A program made the position numbers and the translations under genes. DNA of 64,000 nucleotides, from NCBI GenBank assembly GCA_965214775.1, contig OZ243974.1, forward strand, positions 544,001 to 608,000, in the 5' to 3' direction. Origin of the DNA: Nitrosopumilus sp. GTDB taxonomy: Archaea > Thermoproteota > Nitrososphaeria > Nitrososphaerales > Nitrosopumilaceae. Under the pieces are notes generated by a model that did no database searches, had not been told where the DNA came from, and saw only the letters and a list, made by a program, of their open reading frames with translations. Positions 49,530-58,857 of the stretch are shown one piece after another (the first letter of the stretch is position 1; each line of letters starts with the position of its first letter).

Positions 49530-51227
49530 TTATTTCTTGAGACGTTTTTTGATGGCAAATGCCGCTGCCGTGGGGGCCACAATATAAATTCCCAAGTTCA
49601 ACGCAATGACTGAGATACCCAAGCCCATTACCTGCGACTCGGACCCTTCATCAGCTAGTGTCATTATTGTGAGAGTCGACAGCATTGGAGTGATAGTCAG
49701 TTTCACTGCTTCACGAAATGCGGGATTTTCTCTTTCAAGATCAGCTATTGCCGGCGAGAATGAATAGTAAACATGGTTAAATGCGGTCATAAAAGATGCG
49801 CCGGATGCAGTGTTCAATATGGTATTGTCTCTTGTTTCTCTAAGAAGTTGTACCTGTGGTGCTAATTCGGAGCCAAATGCTGCAGTAGCTATTAGACACC
49901 CCCCAGAGCTTTTTGTACTGGTGCTGCTTTGAGGCTGACCGGAAGTGATTGGAGTCTGAGCTTCATCCAGATTGACTGTTACCGTGAATCTTTCTACGCT
50001 TGAACGCCCGGATGAATCCGTTGCAGCGCATGAAACCGTGGTTGTTCCAGGCTCAAAAACCGAACCTGAGGGGGGATTGCAATTTATCTGAACGTTTGAG
50101 TCGGTATCGTCTGTTGCAGTGACTTTGAAACTAACCGGCTTGCCATTGGGGTTTCGGGTTTCAACAGAAATTGGTGACGGGACTGTCAGTTTCGGTGGAA
50201 CGCTGTCGTCTGTGTTGATTACATACAACATGCCGTCTTCATTTCTGACATACAAAGTCTTTGTAACCGAGTTAAAACTCATTCCCCTTGGTTCTGAGGG
50301 GAGTGAAAACTCATCTAGAACCTGCTTTGAATTCGTATCAATGATCTTGACGGATTCTGATTGTTCACTCAAAACATAAAGACGGTTGGTGTCTTCATCA
50401 ATGTCCAGTTCGTAGGCACCTCCGCGAACCTCGATCGCATCGCTTACCTGATTCGTTTTGCCGTCGATTATTGAAATGTAATTGTGGGATCCATGTGAAA
50501 CGTATATGGTATCTGTATTCTCGTTTATGGCCAGATGATAGGCCGGCAGTAGTTTGATTGTGGACTTGGGGGGGATTTCCTTGCCGGTTAGTTGAGAATT
50601 TCCATCTATCACTCCCATAGATCCTGTATAATATGAAATGGTGTACACCTGATTCGTTTTGTCATTAACATCAATATCAGTTGAACCAGTTCCTTTGAGA
50701 ATAGCCTTTAATTCAAAGGTTCTTCCATCCATGAATCCTACCCACGTATCAGAATCATAACTTGCGGGAAAAATTATCAAATTCTTTTGCGAGTTTACCG
50801 CTATCCCACCTGGAAGATAGTCCGCCGTACTTGTGATACTTAGAATATGCTTAGTGCTTGCTTTAAGTAGATTGGTGTTTGGAATTTCTTGAATGATGTT
50901 TGTCGCACCGTCTAACTCGTACAAGGCATGAGGAGCACCATGAAGCAACAGATAGATTTTGTTTGTGTTTGGGTTTATGTCCATTTGGGAAATTTCAAAT
51001 CCCACATTAATTACAGCCTCTAATTTGTTTGAATCGCCATCAATTACTGCAATTTTATGGTCATTAGGGTGACTATAAAGTGAAACATAAATTTTGTTTG
51101 TTTTTTCATTAATGACAATTTCACTAGGTATGCCGCCGTCCAATTCAATCGATTCTTGAGCAAACACGGGAACGGTGAGGAACGGAATTAGGCAGATTAC
51201 GACTAGAATTAGAATCTCAATCCTCAA
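49530..51227 (-). CDS. YVTN beta-propeller + HYR domain protein with CFI-box-CTERM
   Basis: INPNTNKIY repeats; PPSGSVF..GTTTV.C.ATD; GGCLIATAAFGSELAPQVQLLRE.RD. Confidence 0.9.
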   Translation of the reverse strand: MRIEILILVVICLIPFLTVPVFAQESIELDGGIPSEIVINEKTNKIYVSLYSHPNDHKIAVIDGDSNKLEAVINVGFEISQMDINPNTNKIYLLLHGAPHALYELDGATNIIQEIPNTNLLKASTKHILSITSTADYLPGGIAVNSQKNLIIFPASYDSDTWVGFMDGRTFELKAILKGTGSTDIDVNDKTNQVYTISYYTGSMGVIDGNSQLTGKEIPPKSTIKLLPAYHLAINENTDTIYVSHGSHNYISIIDGKTNQVSDAIEVRGGAYELDIDEDTNRLYVLSEQSESVKIIDTNSKQVLDEFSLPSEPRGMSFNSVTKTLYVRNEDGMLYVINTDDSVPPKLTVPSPISVETRNPNGKPVSFKVTATDDTDSNVQINCNPPSGSVFEPGTTTVSCAATDSSGRSSVERFTVTVNLDEAQTPITSGQPQSSTSTKSSGGCLIATAAFGSELAPQVQLLRETRDNTILNTASGASFMTAFNHVYYSFSPAIADLERENPAFREAVKLTITPMLSTLTIMTLADEGSESQVMGLGISVIALNLGIYIVAPTAAAFAIKKRLKK

Positions 51228-51711
51228 CTAGTACATCAGGGCTGTATGCACTATATGAAAATTGTGTAACTGATCGGACTCTGGAAGTTCAGATATGAAT
51301 TTTGTTACTAATGAATGCCAATCAAATAGAATTTGTGCCTGAAGCCAGAAACGACTTCCAGAACCCGATCAGTTACTTCTGTTCACATCTCGCCTATCTG
51401 CGTTTGGGTTTGTTGATGATGTGTGCACTGCAGCCTATTGATGCTCGCAGGCTTGGCAATTGCATTGACTCCGATATCCTGCGCGGCCTCCGTTCGTCGA
51501 TGCTCCGGTCTGTCGCACACATGATCGACTACGATAAAACCGGTACTTGTTTTTTTTGACATCGGCGGGCCAAACAAACCTGCAAATGCATGTCTAATTA
51601 AACATCCAATTGAGCAAACTTCAGATGTTGTTGCAAAAGCGGCATGTGAGAAATCTGTTGCTGCTGACTGATTTTATTACTTTTTATTGAACATCGACAA
51701 TTTCACTAATC

Positions 51712-52035
51712 ATGAATATGTGGAATGAATTGTATGTTTCTATGGTTTTAAAATATGTGAAAAAACACAAGCCCACTCCCGATGAATTTCAAAAGTATGC
51801 TGATGAGACGTATTATGGTTTTGAATTGGGACGAGAAGATTATGAATCTAAGTACAGAGATAAAGGAATGATAACATCAGGAGAGAATGATGAATTGATA
51901 CTTACGGATTTTGGAAAAACAATTCTGAGCAATGTTCGACTTGAGAAGTTTAAGGATGCAGTTCAGATTTTTGCTCCAATTGTCGCACTACTCATAACTA
52001 CTGCCGCATTAGTCTATTCGATAATATTCATCTAA
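51712..52035 (+). CDS. Small wHTH-like protein with C-terminal TM
   Basis: GMIT...LTDFG; same architecture as 29561-29980. Confidence 0.6.
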   Translation: MNMWNELYVSMVLKYVKKHKPTPDEFQKYADETYYGFELGREDYESKYRDKGMITSGENDELILTDFGKTILSNVRLEKFKDAVQIFAPIVALLITTAALVYSIIFI

Positions 52036-52198
52036 GTGAAACGTGCCAAAAAACCAAGTAAAAACAGAAGCTGGGCAAGAAACACGACGCCTCAAATTAT
52101 GCCCACAGGCAAGACAAAAACAGCAATCCACTCACATTTCACTTGGCTGACGTGACCAATGCTTTTTTATTATACTGATTTTCTGATCTTTACTAACA

Positions 52199-52414
52199 AT
52201 GGGAGATCCTAATATCATGGTATACATGTTTGAAGCCGACAGTGCCCAAAAGTTGCAAGAATTGGTTAATGATTTTTTACAGAAGCATTTCATGCAGGCC
52301 AATAGATATGTGATTAATTACAGTCATACCCATACAAATAACCACAAGTTTCATTATTCTTGCATGATCTGTAAAAACTTGGCCCAAAGTGGCAGTGGCG
52401 CAACGTATCCGTAA
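52199..52414 (+). CDS. Small DUF2758-like protein
   Basis: F......LQ..VNDFL...I.YS...YSCMI. Confidence 0.5.
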   Translation: MGDPNIMVYMFEADSAQKLQELVNDFLQKHFMQANRYVINYSHTHTNNHKFHYSCMICKNLAQSGSGATYP

Positions 52415-52469
52415 ACGGTTTACTGCCAAATCCCAACCCTTTTTACCATATTAAATTTTGGTACAGTCA

Positions 52470-52590
52470 CAGTCTTCCCAGAAGTACCACGGCAAGTTAT
52501 CCCGGGATAGGAACAATTCAAATGAGGGTGCCTGCAGATCCGCTTGCCACCTTCTGCACCACCACGAGTCGGTTACTTCTGGGAAGACTG
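52470..52590. mobile_element. MITE family F
   Basis: TIR CAGTCTTCCCAGAAGTA/TACTTCTGGGAAGACTG with 5-bp TSD AGTCA. Confidence 0.88.
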
Positions 52591-52705
52591 AGTCATGGCA
52601 ATACCGAAGGGTGAGGGAGCGCAAAAGGTGCAATTCAGTACTTCCTAGGTGTGCTTTTGCAGACCCGCCACGGCATAGCCACTAATTTCGTTTACGCATA
52701 AGGTC

Positions 52706-52790
52706 TATAGATCAAATCTACGGATCCCTCGCCGATATCGTCTAGAACATCCAGATTGTCACCAAAGCATAGCCTTCCATTATTCGGGGG
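52706..52790 (-). pseudogene. N-terminal fragment of an N6/N4 DNA methyltransferase
   Basis: RLCFGDNLDVL....GSVDLIY, ending at a MITE TIR (TAGACCTTATGCGTAA) just before the expected DPPF. Confidence 0.7.
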
Positions 52791-52816
52791 AGGGACTCGT
52801 GGCTTCGGCGTTCATA

Positions 52817-52993
52817 TCAATCCACCACAATCCTGTTGTTTTTGATTCGGAACGTGATGGACTCTGGTTCACCTAGCATTTCCAGAATGGGTTTCGGTAT
52901 CCTGCATGATGTACTGTTTCTTCCATCAAACGAGAGTTTTACGGAAAACTCGGTTTCATTCTTCTTCCATCGTGTCAATATGTTGTGCACCAT
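52817..52993 (-). CDS. Small AbrB-like DNA-binding protein
   Basis: Manual ORF (MVHNI)LTRWKKNETEFSVKLSFDGRNSTSCRIPKPILEMLGEPESITFRIKNNRIVVD. Confidence 0.7.
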   Translation of the reverse strand: MVHNILTRWKKNETEFSVKLSFDGRNSTSCRIPKPILEMLGEPESITFRIKNNRIVVD

Positions 52994-53010
52994 GAAGATG
53001 TATAAAAATC

Positions 53011-53053
53011 ATACGTACGTATAACCGTTAGGTATAAATAAACGTACGTATAA
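53011..53053. promoter_or_regulatory. Divergent promoter: TATA box plus two ACGTACGTATAA operator-like palindromes
   Basis: TATAAATA at 53033-53040, ~24 nt before the tRNA; ACGTACGTATAA at 53013 and 53042. Confidence 0.6.
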
Positions 53054-53063
53054 TATAGTGCAT

Positions 53064-53149
53064 GGTGGGTTCACTCAGTCGGTTAGAGTGGCAGGCTTAT
53101 GACCTGCAGGGTTTGACAGCCTTCGTGGGTTCGAATCCCACACCCACCG
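53064..53149 (+). tRNA. Non-canonical class II (long variable arm) tRNA with anticodon UAU (Ile), G73
   Basis: Acceptor GGTGGGT/ACCCACC; D stem ACTC/GAGT; anticodon stem GCAGG/CCTGC with loop CT-TAT-GA; V arm AGGGTT-TGAC-AGCCTT; T arm GTGGG-TTCGAAT-CCCAC; T-run downstream. Confidence 0.88.
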
Positions 53150-53190
53150 TATCCTTTTTGTTCTATATTAATTTTCGAGGAGGGGTGTGA

Positions 53191-54312
53191 GTGAACGCAA
53201 GATCCCTACGTGCAAGACAGATCATGGAGACTCCCGGACACGCTACACAGATCATCGGTACGAATGATTTCAGGGTCAGATCCCAGTCCGACCCATCCAA
53301 GTTCTATACGGTATCCAGGACGGGCAGCGGGCTGGTCTGCGAGTGTCCGGACCACCGGAACAGAAGGGCAGACTGCAAGCACATCAAGGTCATACTGGAG
53401 TATATGAGAAGGAACGTGTTCGGACACGAGGGATTCAGGATCATGGAACGGAGCAAGCTGAACCTGTGCAAGTTCTGCGACTCGGGCAATATCGTAAAGG
53501 CCGGACTGAAAAGGAACAAAAAGTCCACGGTACAGAGGTTCAAATGTGCAGACTGCAAGAGGAGGTTTACTACAAACTTTGGTTTTGAGAAGAAGCAGTA
53601 TGACAACAGGATTATCACCGGGGCCCTACAGATGTACTATACTGGAATGTCAGTCCGTGATATAGCGGATCATTACGAGATGATGGGAACCGACGTATCG
53701 TTTAGAACCATATACAACTGGGTTGACGAGTACTCCCGGCTCACGTCCAAATACCTCAACGGCATAGTTCCAAGGGTCGGGAACTGGTTCAGGGCAGACG
53801 AGGTATGGATGAAAATCAACGGCATGCAGTGCTATCTTTTTGCCTCAATGGATGATGATACCCGCTACTGGCTGGCCTCCGACCTGGCAACAACCAAGTT
53901 CCAGCACAATGCGGATTCGCTGCTGGACATGACCAAGAAACAGGCCGGAAAGACACCAAGAAACTTCATCACGGACGGCCTGCCAGCCTATGCCAAGTCC
54001 TCAAGGAGGATATTCGGAAAGGGTACGAACCACGTGAAGCACATCCACCTGGCCGGAAAAAGAGACCGCGATAACAACAACAAGATGGAGAGGCTCAACG
54101 GCGAGATCAGGGACCGTGAGAAGGTGTTCAGAGGATTGAAAAAGACGGATACGGCCATACTTGACGGAATGAGGGTCTATTACAACTATACGAAAAAGCA
54201 CGGTGCACTGGACGGCCAGACCCCGGCAGAATCGGCCCTGATAAGCGTGGATGGCACAAACAAGTGGAAGACTATCGTCCAGAATGCCAGTTTAAGCAGT
54301 GCAACGGAATGA
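53191..54312 (+). CDS. IS6-like DDE transposase/integrase with SWIM and Zn-ribbon domains
   Basis: CECPD...CKH; CKFC...CADC; ADEVW, ITDG, NN.MER.NG. Confidence 0.88.
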   Translation: MNARSLRARQIMETPGHATQIIGTNDFRVRSQSDPSKFYTVSRTGSGLVCECPDHRNRRADCKHIKVILEYMRRNVFGHEGFRIMERSKLNLCKFCDSGNIVKAGLKRNKKSTVQRFKCADCKRRFTTNFGFEKKQYDNRIITGALQMYYTGMSVRDIADHYEMMGTDVSFRTIYNWVDEYSRLTSKYLNGIVPRVGNWFRADEVWMKINGMQCYLFASMDDDTRYWLASDLATTKFQHNADSLLDMTKKQAGKTPRNFITDGLPAYAKSSRRIFGKGTNHVKHIHLAGKRDRDNNNKMERLNGEIRDREKVFRGLKKTDTAILDGMRVYYNYTKKHGALDGQTPAESALISVDGTNKWKTIVQNASLSSATE

Positions 54313-54360
54313 TTTTTGAGAAGATCCATATCCCCAAGATTGCACAGAACCTGGGTTGCT

Positions 54361-54501
54361 TAGTTTGTTGCATAACTTCCTTTTTCGTCAAAAAACTCCT
54401 GATTTCGATCACAAATAGAGCCGAAATCAACTGTGGTTTTTATCTGGATTTATCATTTAGGGTGAATTCAAGTAAAAAAAATTGAGTTATGCAACAAACT
54501 A
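54361..54501. mobile_element. 141-bp MITE with 8-bp TSD
   Basis: TIR TAGTTTGTTGCATAACT/AGTTATGCAACAAACTA flanked by GGGTTGCT direct repeats. Confidence 0.9.
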
Positions 54502-54795
54502 GGGTTGCTCTGCAGGTAACCGTCTAGGTCGCCCCGGTTTTCAGCCACAATCAAAACTCCCTGCAGCAAAATTCGTGCCTGCGCGCTGCTGTAGTATGTA
54601 CAGTTAGAAACCGAATGTTCTCGCGTCAAAATAGGCATGATATGACAGTATCATAATCCGTTATTTGGTGAGCGTACCATAGGCAGGGGCTATCCTATTA
54701 CGTTATACCCGTCACAGACCACGCCGTCAAGCAGGATGGGGCAGTTACGGTTGCACCTGCTCGGTATGCCGACATATCTGCCCCAGCCACTCGTC

Positions 54796-55548
54796 TCATA
54801 CCAGCTCCGCTATGAGGGAGTTCACGTATTGGGAGAGCGTCATCTGGCGCCTCTTCGTCTCGCGGTTCAGTGCTGCAAACGAGTCGTCGTCCATGCGTAT
54901 AACGATTATCCGGCCCCTGACCCTTATCCCGTGGATCTCCCCGCCGAGCAGGCCTGACAGCCCCCCTGCAATCCCGCCCGTATCGGAGGCCACGGGATCG
55001 CAGAGCCCCTGATCCAGCGTGCAGCATGCCACGTTGACCACCGTCCTTGCCGGCCTTATCTTGAGGATCCGCTCGATGCACTGCTCCATGGGTATGTCCC
55101 TGCGCTCCCTTCTCAGCCGGACTATCTTTTGTGCCTCCTCCTTTGTTATTCCGCGTTCCAGTGCGGACTGGATTACCATGTCCTGCTCGTGGTGGCTTTC
55201 CAGCTTTGCTATCTCTGCTGCAGTGGAAAAGGCGATTCGTCCCGGATCCGACCTGCCAAATCCCAGCGCCATGCTGCTGCGCGGGGAAAGCCTCAGGAGG
55301 TTCAGAAAGCACCTGAGCTGTGTCGTGTCCTCCCTCCGGTAGGCATCGCCGGTCTTGCCCCTGCCCAGGCCGAGCCGCCGCGCCGTCTCGTGCAGGGGCT
55401 CGTTGTTCTCCCTGATCATTCTTTCAATCTGCCGCGCGACCTCTATCGGGGCCAGGGGCCGGTCTCCCTTGATTGGGCTTCCCTGCACGCCGACGCTCAT
55501 TATCAGATCGGCATACTGGGCGCTGTCATCTACAAGCCTGGACGCCAT
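54796..55548 (-). CDS. ParB/KorB-like HTH protein with possible C-terminal RHH
   Basis: Likely start ATG 55548; LAPIEVA..I..M...ETARRLGL...L.LLRL; C-terminal D.FAAL.....Q.TLSQYV..LI. Confidence 0.6.
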   Translation of the reverse strand: MASRLVDDSAQYADLIMSVGVQGSPIKGDRPLAPIEVARQIERMIRENNEPLHETARRLGLGRGKTGDAYRREDTTQLRCFLNLLRLSPRSSMALGFGRSDPGRIAFSTAAEIAKLESHHEQDMVIQSALERGITKEEAQKIVRLRRERRDIPMEQCIERILKIRPARTVVNVACCTLDQGLCDPVASDTGGIAGGLSGLLGGEIHGIRVRGRIIVIRMDDDSFAALNRETKRRQMTLSQYVNSLIAELV

Positions 55549-55704
55549 CCCGTTTCCCCTAGGGGTCAGGCCCCCCTGCAACGATGCCCACTGCGGCCTC
55601 CTATCGTGTCTCCCATAAGGGTAATGAGATGTGGCATCTTTTAGAGCTATTGGAGAATCTGATCTCCCGCAATATGAAACGGCACGACGGCAACACTGAA
55701 TAGC

Positions 55705-57015
55705 ATGCAGGATATAGAAGGCGCATTGAGCAGAGTAATCCGACCAGACAACTCGAAGGAGTTTCTCAAAAAGACGATCAGGGAAAACGCGGACAGCTAT
55801 GGCAGCTGCTATGTCAAGCTTGCCATTGTAAAGCAGGACAGGGTAAACTATCTGTACCTGGCAGACATAAGGATCCAGCACGGAAAAGAACCACAAATAA
55901 AAGAAGCAATTTATGACTATCAGGACGCGGTTCTGGCCACCATACCTGTCAAGCTACACGACCTGCAAGGACTAATCGATGAGCTGGAGTCAGGACAGAT
56001 CGTCGTCGGATCCCTGAAAGACATCAAGGCAAAGGGAGGTTTTGAAAACGATATCCACGTGGTCCCTAGCAGGACAAGATACGCGGGTTTTTACGAGGAA
56101 TGGCCCTCGCGGTGTCTCAGGTACTCATTAGACCAAAAAGTAGCTCTCAATAACGTTGCCAGCCATTTAGTAAGGCTTGGACAGCCCTCCTATCCCAGCC
56201 TGCTTGAGGCATGCCGTGTGTTTTTTGGTCACGAGTACAATCCGGCCCAGTACGGTCCAGTGTGCATCAACTTTATGATTCCTGACTTTAGGGCAAGAAT
56301 AAAAACTTTGGAAATCGGGGGAAGGCAGATATCCGTCATTGCCGAACGGCGCGAACAGCCAATGGAAGGCCTCAGAGTCAAGATTTACAGTGCCGGGGGA
56401 GCAGGCAGATTCCACCATTCTGAAGACCTGAATTTGGACTCCTCGGGGTGCGCAAAGATCCATCTGGCATTTGTCCCTGATCAGGTCTACGCCTGGCTGA
56501 TTGATCTGAAAGGCAACGTGCTGGATTGGAAGGAATTCGGGCATCCATACACCAAAAATGACGGCGTGATAGTAAGGACCACCGTCGAGAGCCTTGAGTC
56601 CATGATTGCGGCCGGGGAGGGCCAAAATGTTGAGTTCAAAAGAGATCTGGACGGCAAGACAGACGAGTTTCTCGAATCGGTGGTCTCTTTTGCAAATACT
56701 GACGGCGGCATCATCCTGCTTGGCATAGATGACAGGGGCAGAACAGTCGGGCATTTTGAAGACATTGAGAAGACTGAAAGGAAAATACGGGGGCTGGTCA
56801 GCGGACGCTGTGAGCCAGACATAAACATCAGCATGGAAGAGGTCGGCATGGAAAATAGTCAGGTGGTGATAGTCAGGATAGGGGAGGGGAAAAACAAGCC
56901 GTATTTGCTAAACGGAAAGTCTGCCTACAAGCGAGTGGGGGAAAGAGACCTTGCCTTCAAGCGGCTTGATTTTGATACTGCCTATAATGAAAAACGCGAT
57001 CCCCCAACTAAGTAA
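55705..57015 (+). CDS. AlbA_2 (Schlafen-like) domain protein
   Basis: GEGQNVEFKR, SVVSFANTDGGIILLGIDD, KPY...Y.R.G. Confidence 0.88.
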   Translation: MQDIEGALSRVIRPDNSKEFLKKTIRENADSYGSCYVKLAIVKQDRVNYLYLADIRIQHGKEPQIKEAIYDYQDAVLATIPVKLHDLQGLIDELESGQIVVGSLKDIKAKGGFENDIHVVPSRTRYAGFYEEWPSRCLRYSLDQKVALNNVASHLVRLGQPSYPSLLEACRVFFGHEYNPAQYGPVCINFMIPDFRARIKTLEIGGRQISVIAERREQPMEGLRVKIYSAGGAGRFHHSEDLNLDSSGCAKIHLAFVPDQVYAWLIDLKGNVLDWKEFGHPYTKNDGVIVRTTVESLESMIAAGEGQNVEFKRDLDGKTDEFLESVVSFANTDGGIILLGIDDRGRTVGHFEDIEKTERKIRGLVSGRCEPDINISMEEVGMENSQVVIVRIGEGKNKPYLLNGKSAYKRVGERDLAFKRLDFDTAYNEKRDPPTK

Positions 57016-57020
57016 TTCAT

Positions 57021-57099
57021 AAGACCTTATGTGAATTTGCCAAAAATGACGCAAAAGCTGCATGATTTTTTTGGTCTACACCGATTACGCATAAGGCTA
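57021..57099. mobile_element. MITE family B
   Basis: Matches 58737 and 62406. Confidence 0.8.
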
Positions 57100-57231
57100 C
57101 TGGAAACAAAATGCACTGTTTTATGACCAGAGTGGAAATGTTGGTAAGGGATATCTGATCACATACAATGCATTATTACAATAACACAATAACCTAGATC
57201 CTTATTACTGGCTAGAAGATCCGATCATATC

Positions 57232-58110
57232 ATGTCATTAGATATTCGGATTTGGGATGTCAATCATGGAAATTCTGCTTCTATAAAATTGCCTAATGGA
57301 AAGGTAATAATGATTGATTGCGCAAGAAATCCCGATACTGGTTTTTCTCCCATAATGTTAACTAAGAACATGTGGAGCTGTGAAAGTTTAGATTATCTCA
57401 TAATTAGTCATCCACATATGGATCATATTAGTGATTTTTTAAGAATTGATGAAGTATATCCTGATAAATTTAGGCGTCCTCCCGTTCCGAAAAAAAAGTT
57501 ACTCTATAATGATAAAGGTGAGAAATTAACTGGTACAAAATTAGATATCATAAACAAATACATTGAACTAGATAGCAATTTCACAGAACCTGTAGCATCT
57601 GACGACAAACTTGAAGCTGCTGAGTGGGGTGGAAAAAATGTGAATATTGAGACATTTAGATGGAAGGGGGAACACGATGATCTAAACGATTATAGCTACG
57701 TCACTTTTCTTTCCTACGGTTCATTTCATTATGCTAATGGAGGCGACATAACTTCAACTGGTTGGGAAAAACTGATAGAACAAGAAGGAGCTGCATTCAA
57801 AAAGAAACTTGCTAAAGTGAATTTTTTCGAAGCGTCCCATCATGGGAGAAAAGAGGGATTCAATTCAATTATTTTTGAAGATATGAATCCATATTTGGTA
57901 TTAATTTCTGATAAGAAAGAACAGGATACTAGTGTGACGGATCGTTATTCTAAATATTGTCAGGGTTGGGATATTAACAACGAAAACTCAAATAAAAAAG
58001 AAAAAGGAAGAAAAGTACTTACCACAAGGAATGATGGCAGAATAAGAATTGAAGTTAACGACAAATATGACCATGAAGTAGGAGTTAAAACCTTCAATCG
58101 TTACTTGTAA
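57232..58110 (+). CDS. ComEC/Rec2-like metallo-beta-lactamase fold hydrolase
   Basis: DVNHGNS, IDC, ISHPHMDH, GGD, ASHHG. Confidence 0.9.
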   Translation: MSLDIRIWDVNHGNSASIKLPNGKVIMIDCARNPDTGFSPIMLTKNMWSCESLDYLIISHPHMDHISDFLRIDEVYPDKFRRPPVPKKKLLYNDKGEKLTGTKLDIINKYIELDSNFTEPVASDDKLEAAEWGGKNVNIETFRWKGEHDDLNDYSYVTFLSYGSFHYANGGDITSTGWEKLIEQEGAAFKKKLAKVNFFEASHHGRKEGFNSIIFEDMNPYLVLISDKKEQDTSVTDRYSKYCQGWDINNENSNKKEKGRKVLTTRNDGRIRIEVNDKYDHEVGVKTFNRYL

Positions 58111-58113
58111 TCC

Positions 58114-58714
58114 ATGTCAAACCCAAATGAAACAAATTGGCTCTCTGATTACTACCATCGAATTCAAACCGACTGTAAAATATCGCTAGATATACGTGGC
58201 CGAGTAACTAATTGGTCTTATGCATTAATTGCTACCGTAATAGCTGCCTATGTAGGTTTTTTTGCTGACGGAAATTTTGTAACTCCTTTAGGACGTTTTG
58301 GTTTAGTGTCGGGAGTTTTGTTCGTTCTAATCAAATTCTTTTTTACGTCTATGGTTGCTTATGGTTATTTTCTACGAGGTAGATATTTTCGAACTAGAAT
58401 AGAACAATACTGGATGAATAATAAACCAACATTGGATGAATAATAAACCAACATCGGATGAGATAAAACAAGACATAGAAAATTTCGATCATGGAAAATC
58501 GATGCCTAAAACAGGAAAAAATCTATTCGTGGGACAAATAAAATCTGGAGTTATTCTAATTTTAGTCATACCTGTAATTCCTCTTGGTATAGAATATCAT
58601 CTAAACTACAATTGGCATTACTATGTTATAGTTGCATCTCTTATAGGATATGTGATTCTTGAATTATTCAACTTCAAAAAATACGATCAAATGCAACCTT
58701 TAAAAAAATCTTAA
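58114..58714 (+). pseudogene. Four-TM membrane protein split by a 22-bp tandem duplication
   Basis: TGGATGAATAATAAACCAACAT x2 at 58411-58454 shifts the frame between ORFs 58114-58443 and 58436-58714. Confidence 0.8.
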
Positions 58715-58736
58715 ATCTTTTACAACTTACCAATAA

Positions 58737-58816
58737 TAGACCTTATGCGCATTTGCCAAAAATGACGCAAGAGCTGCCTGATTTTTTTGATCTGCGCCGA
58801 TTACACATAAGATCTA
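58737..58816. mobile_element. MITE family B
   Basis: TAGACCTTATGCG...ATTACACATAAGATCTA. Confidence 0.85.
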
Positions 58817-58857
58817 TTACAAAAGATTATAAAAATTGAGGACCAGCCGTATGTGAC

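Noticed and set aside
55549-55896. N-terminal extension of ORF 54796-55896
   Set aside because: Overlaps the AlbA_2 gene on the other strand; ATG 55548 is the more plausible start.
58737-58830. MITE A/B ends as Xer dif/pdif or integron attC sites (ATTACGCATAA-GGTCTA resembles a XerC arm plus spacer)
   Set aside because: No conserved second arm in the flanks and no RYYYAAC/GTTRRRY ends; TA-bounded TIRs fit MITEs better.
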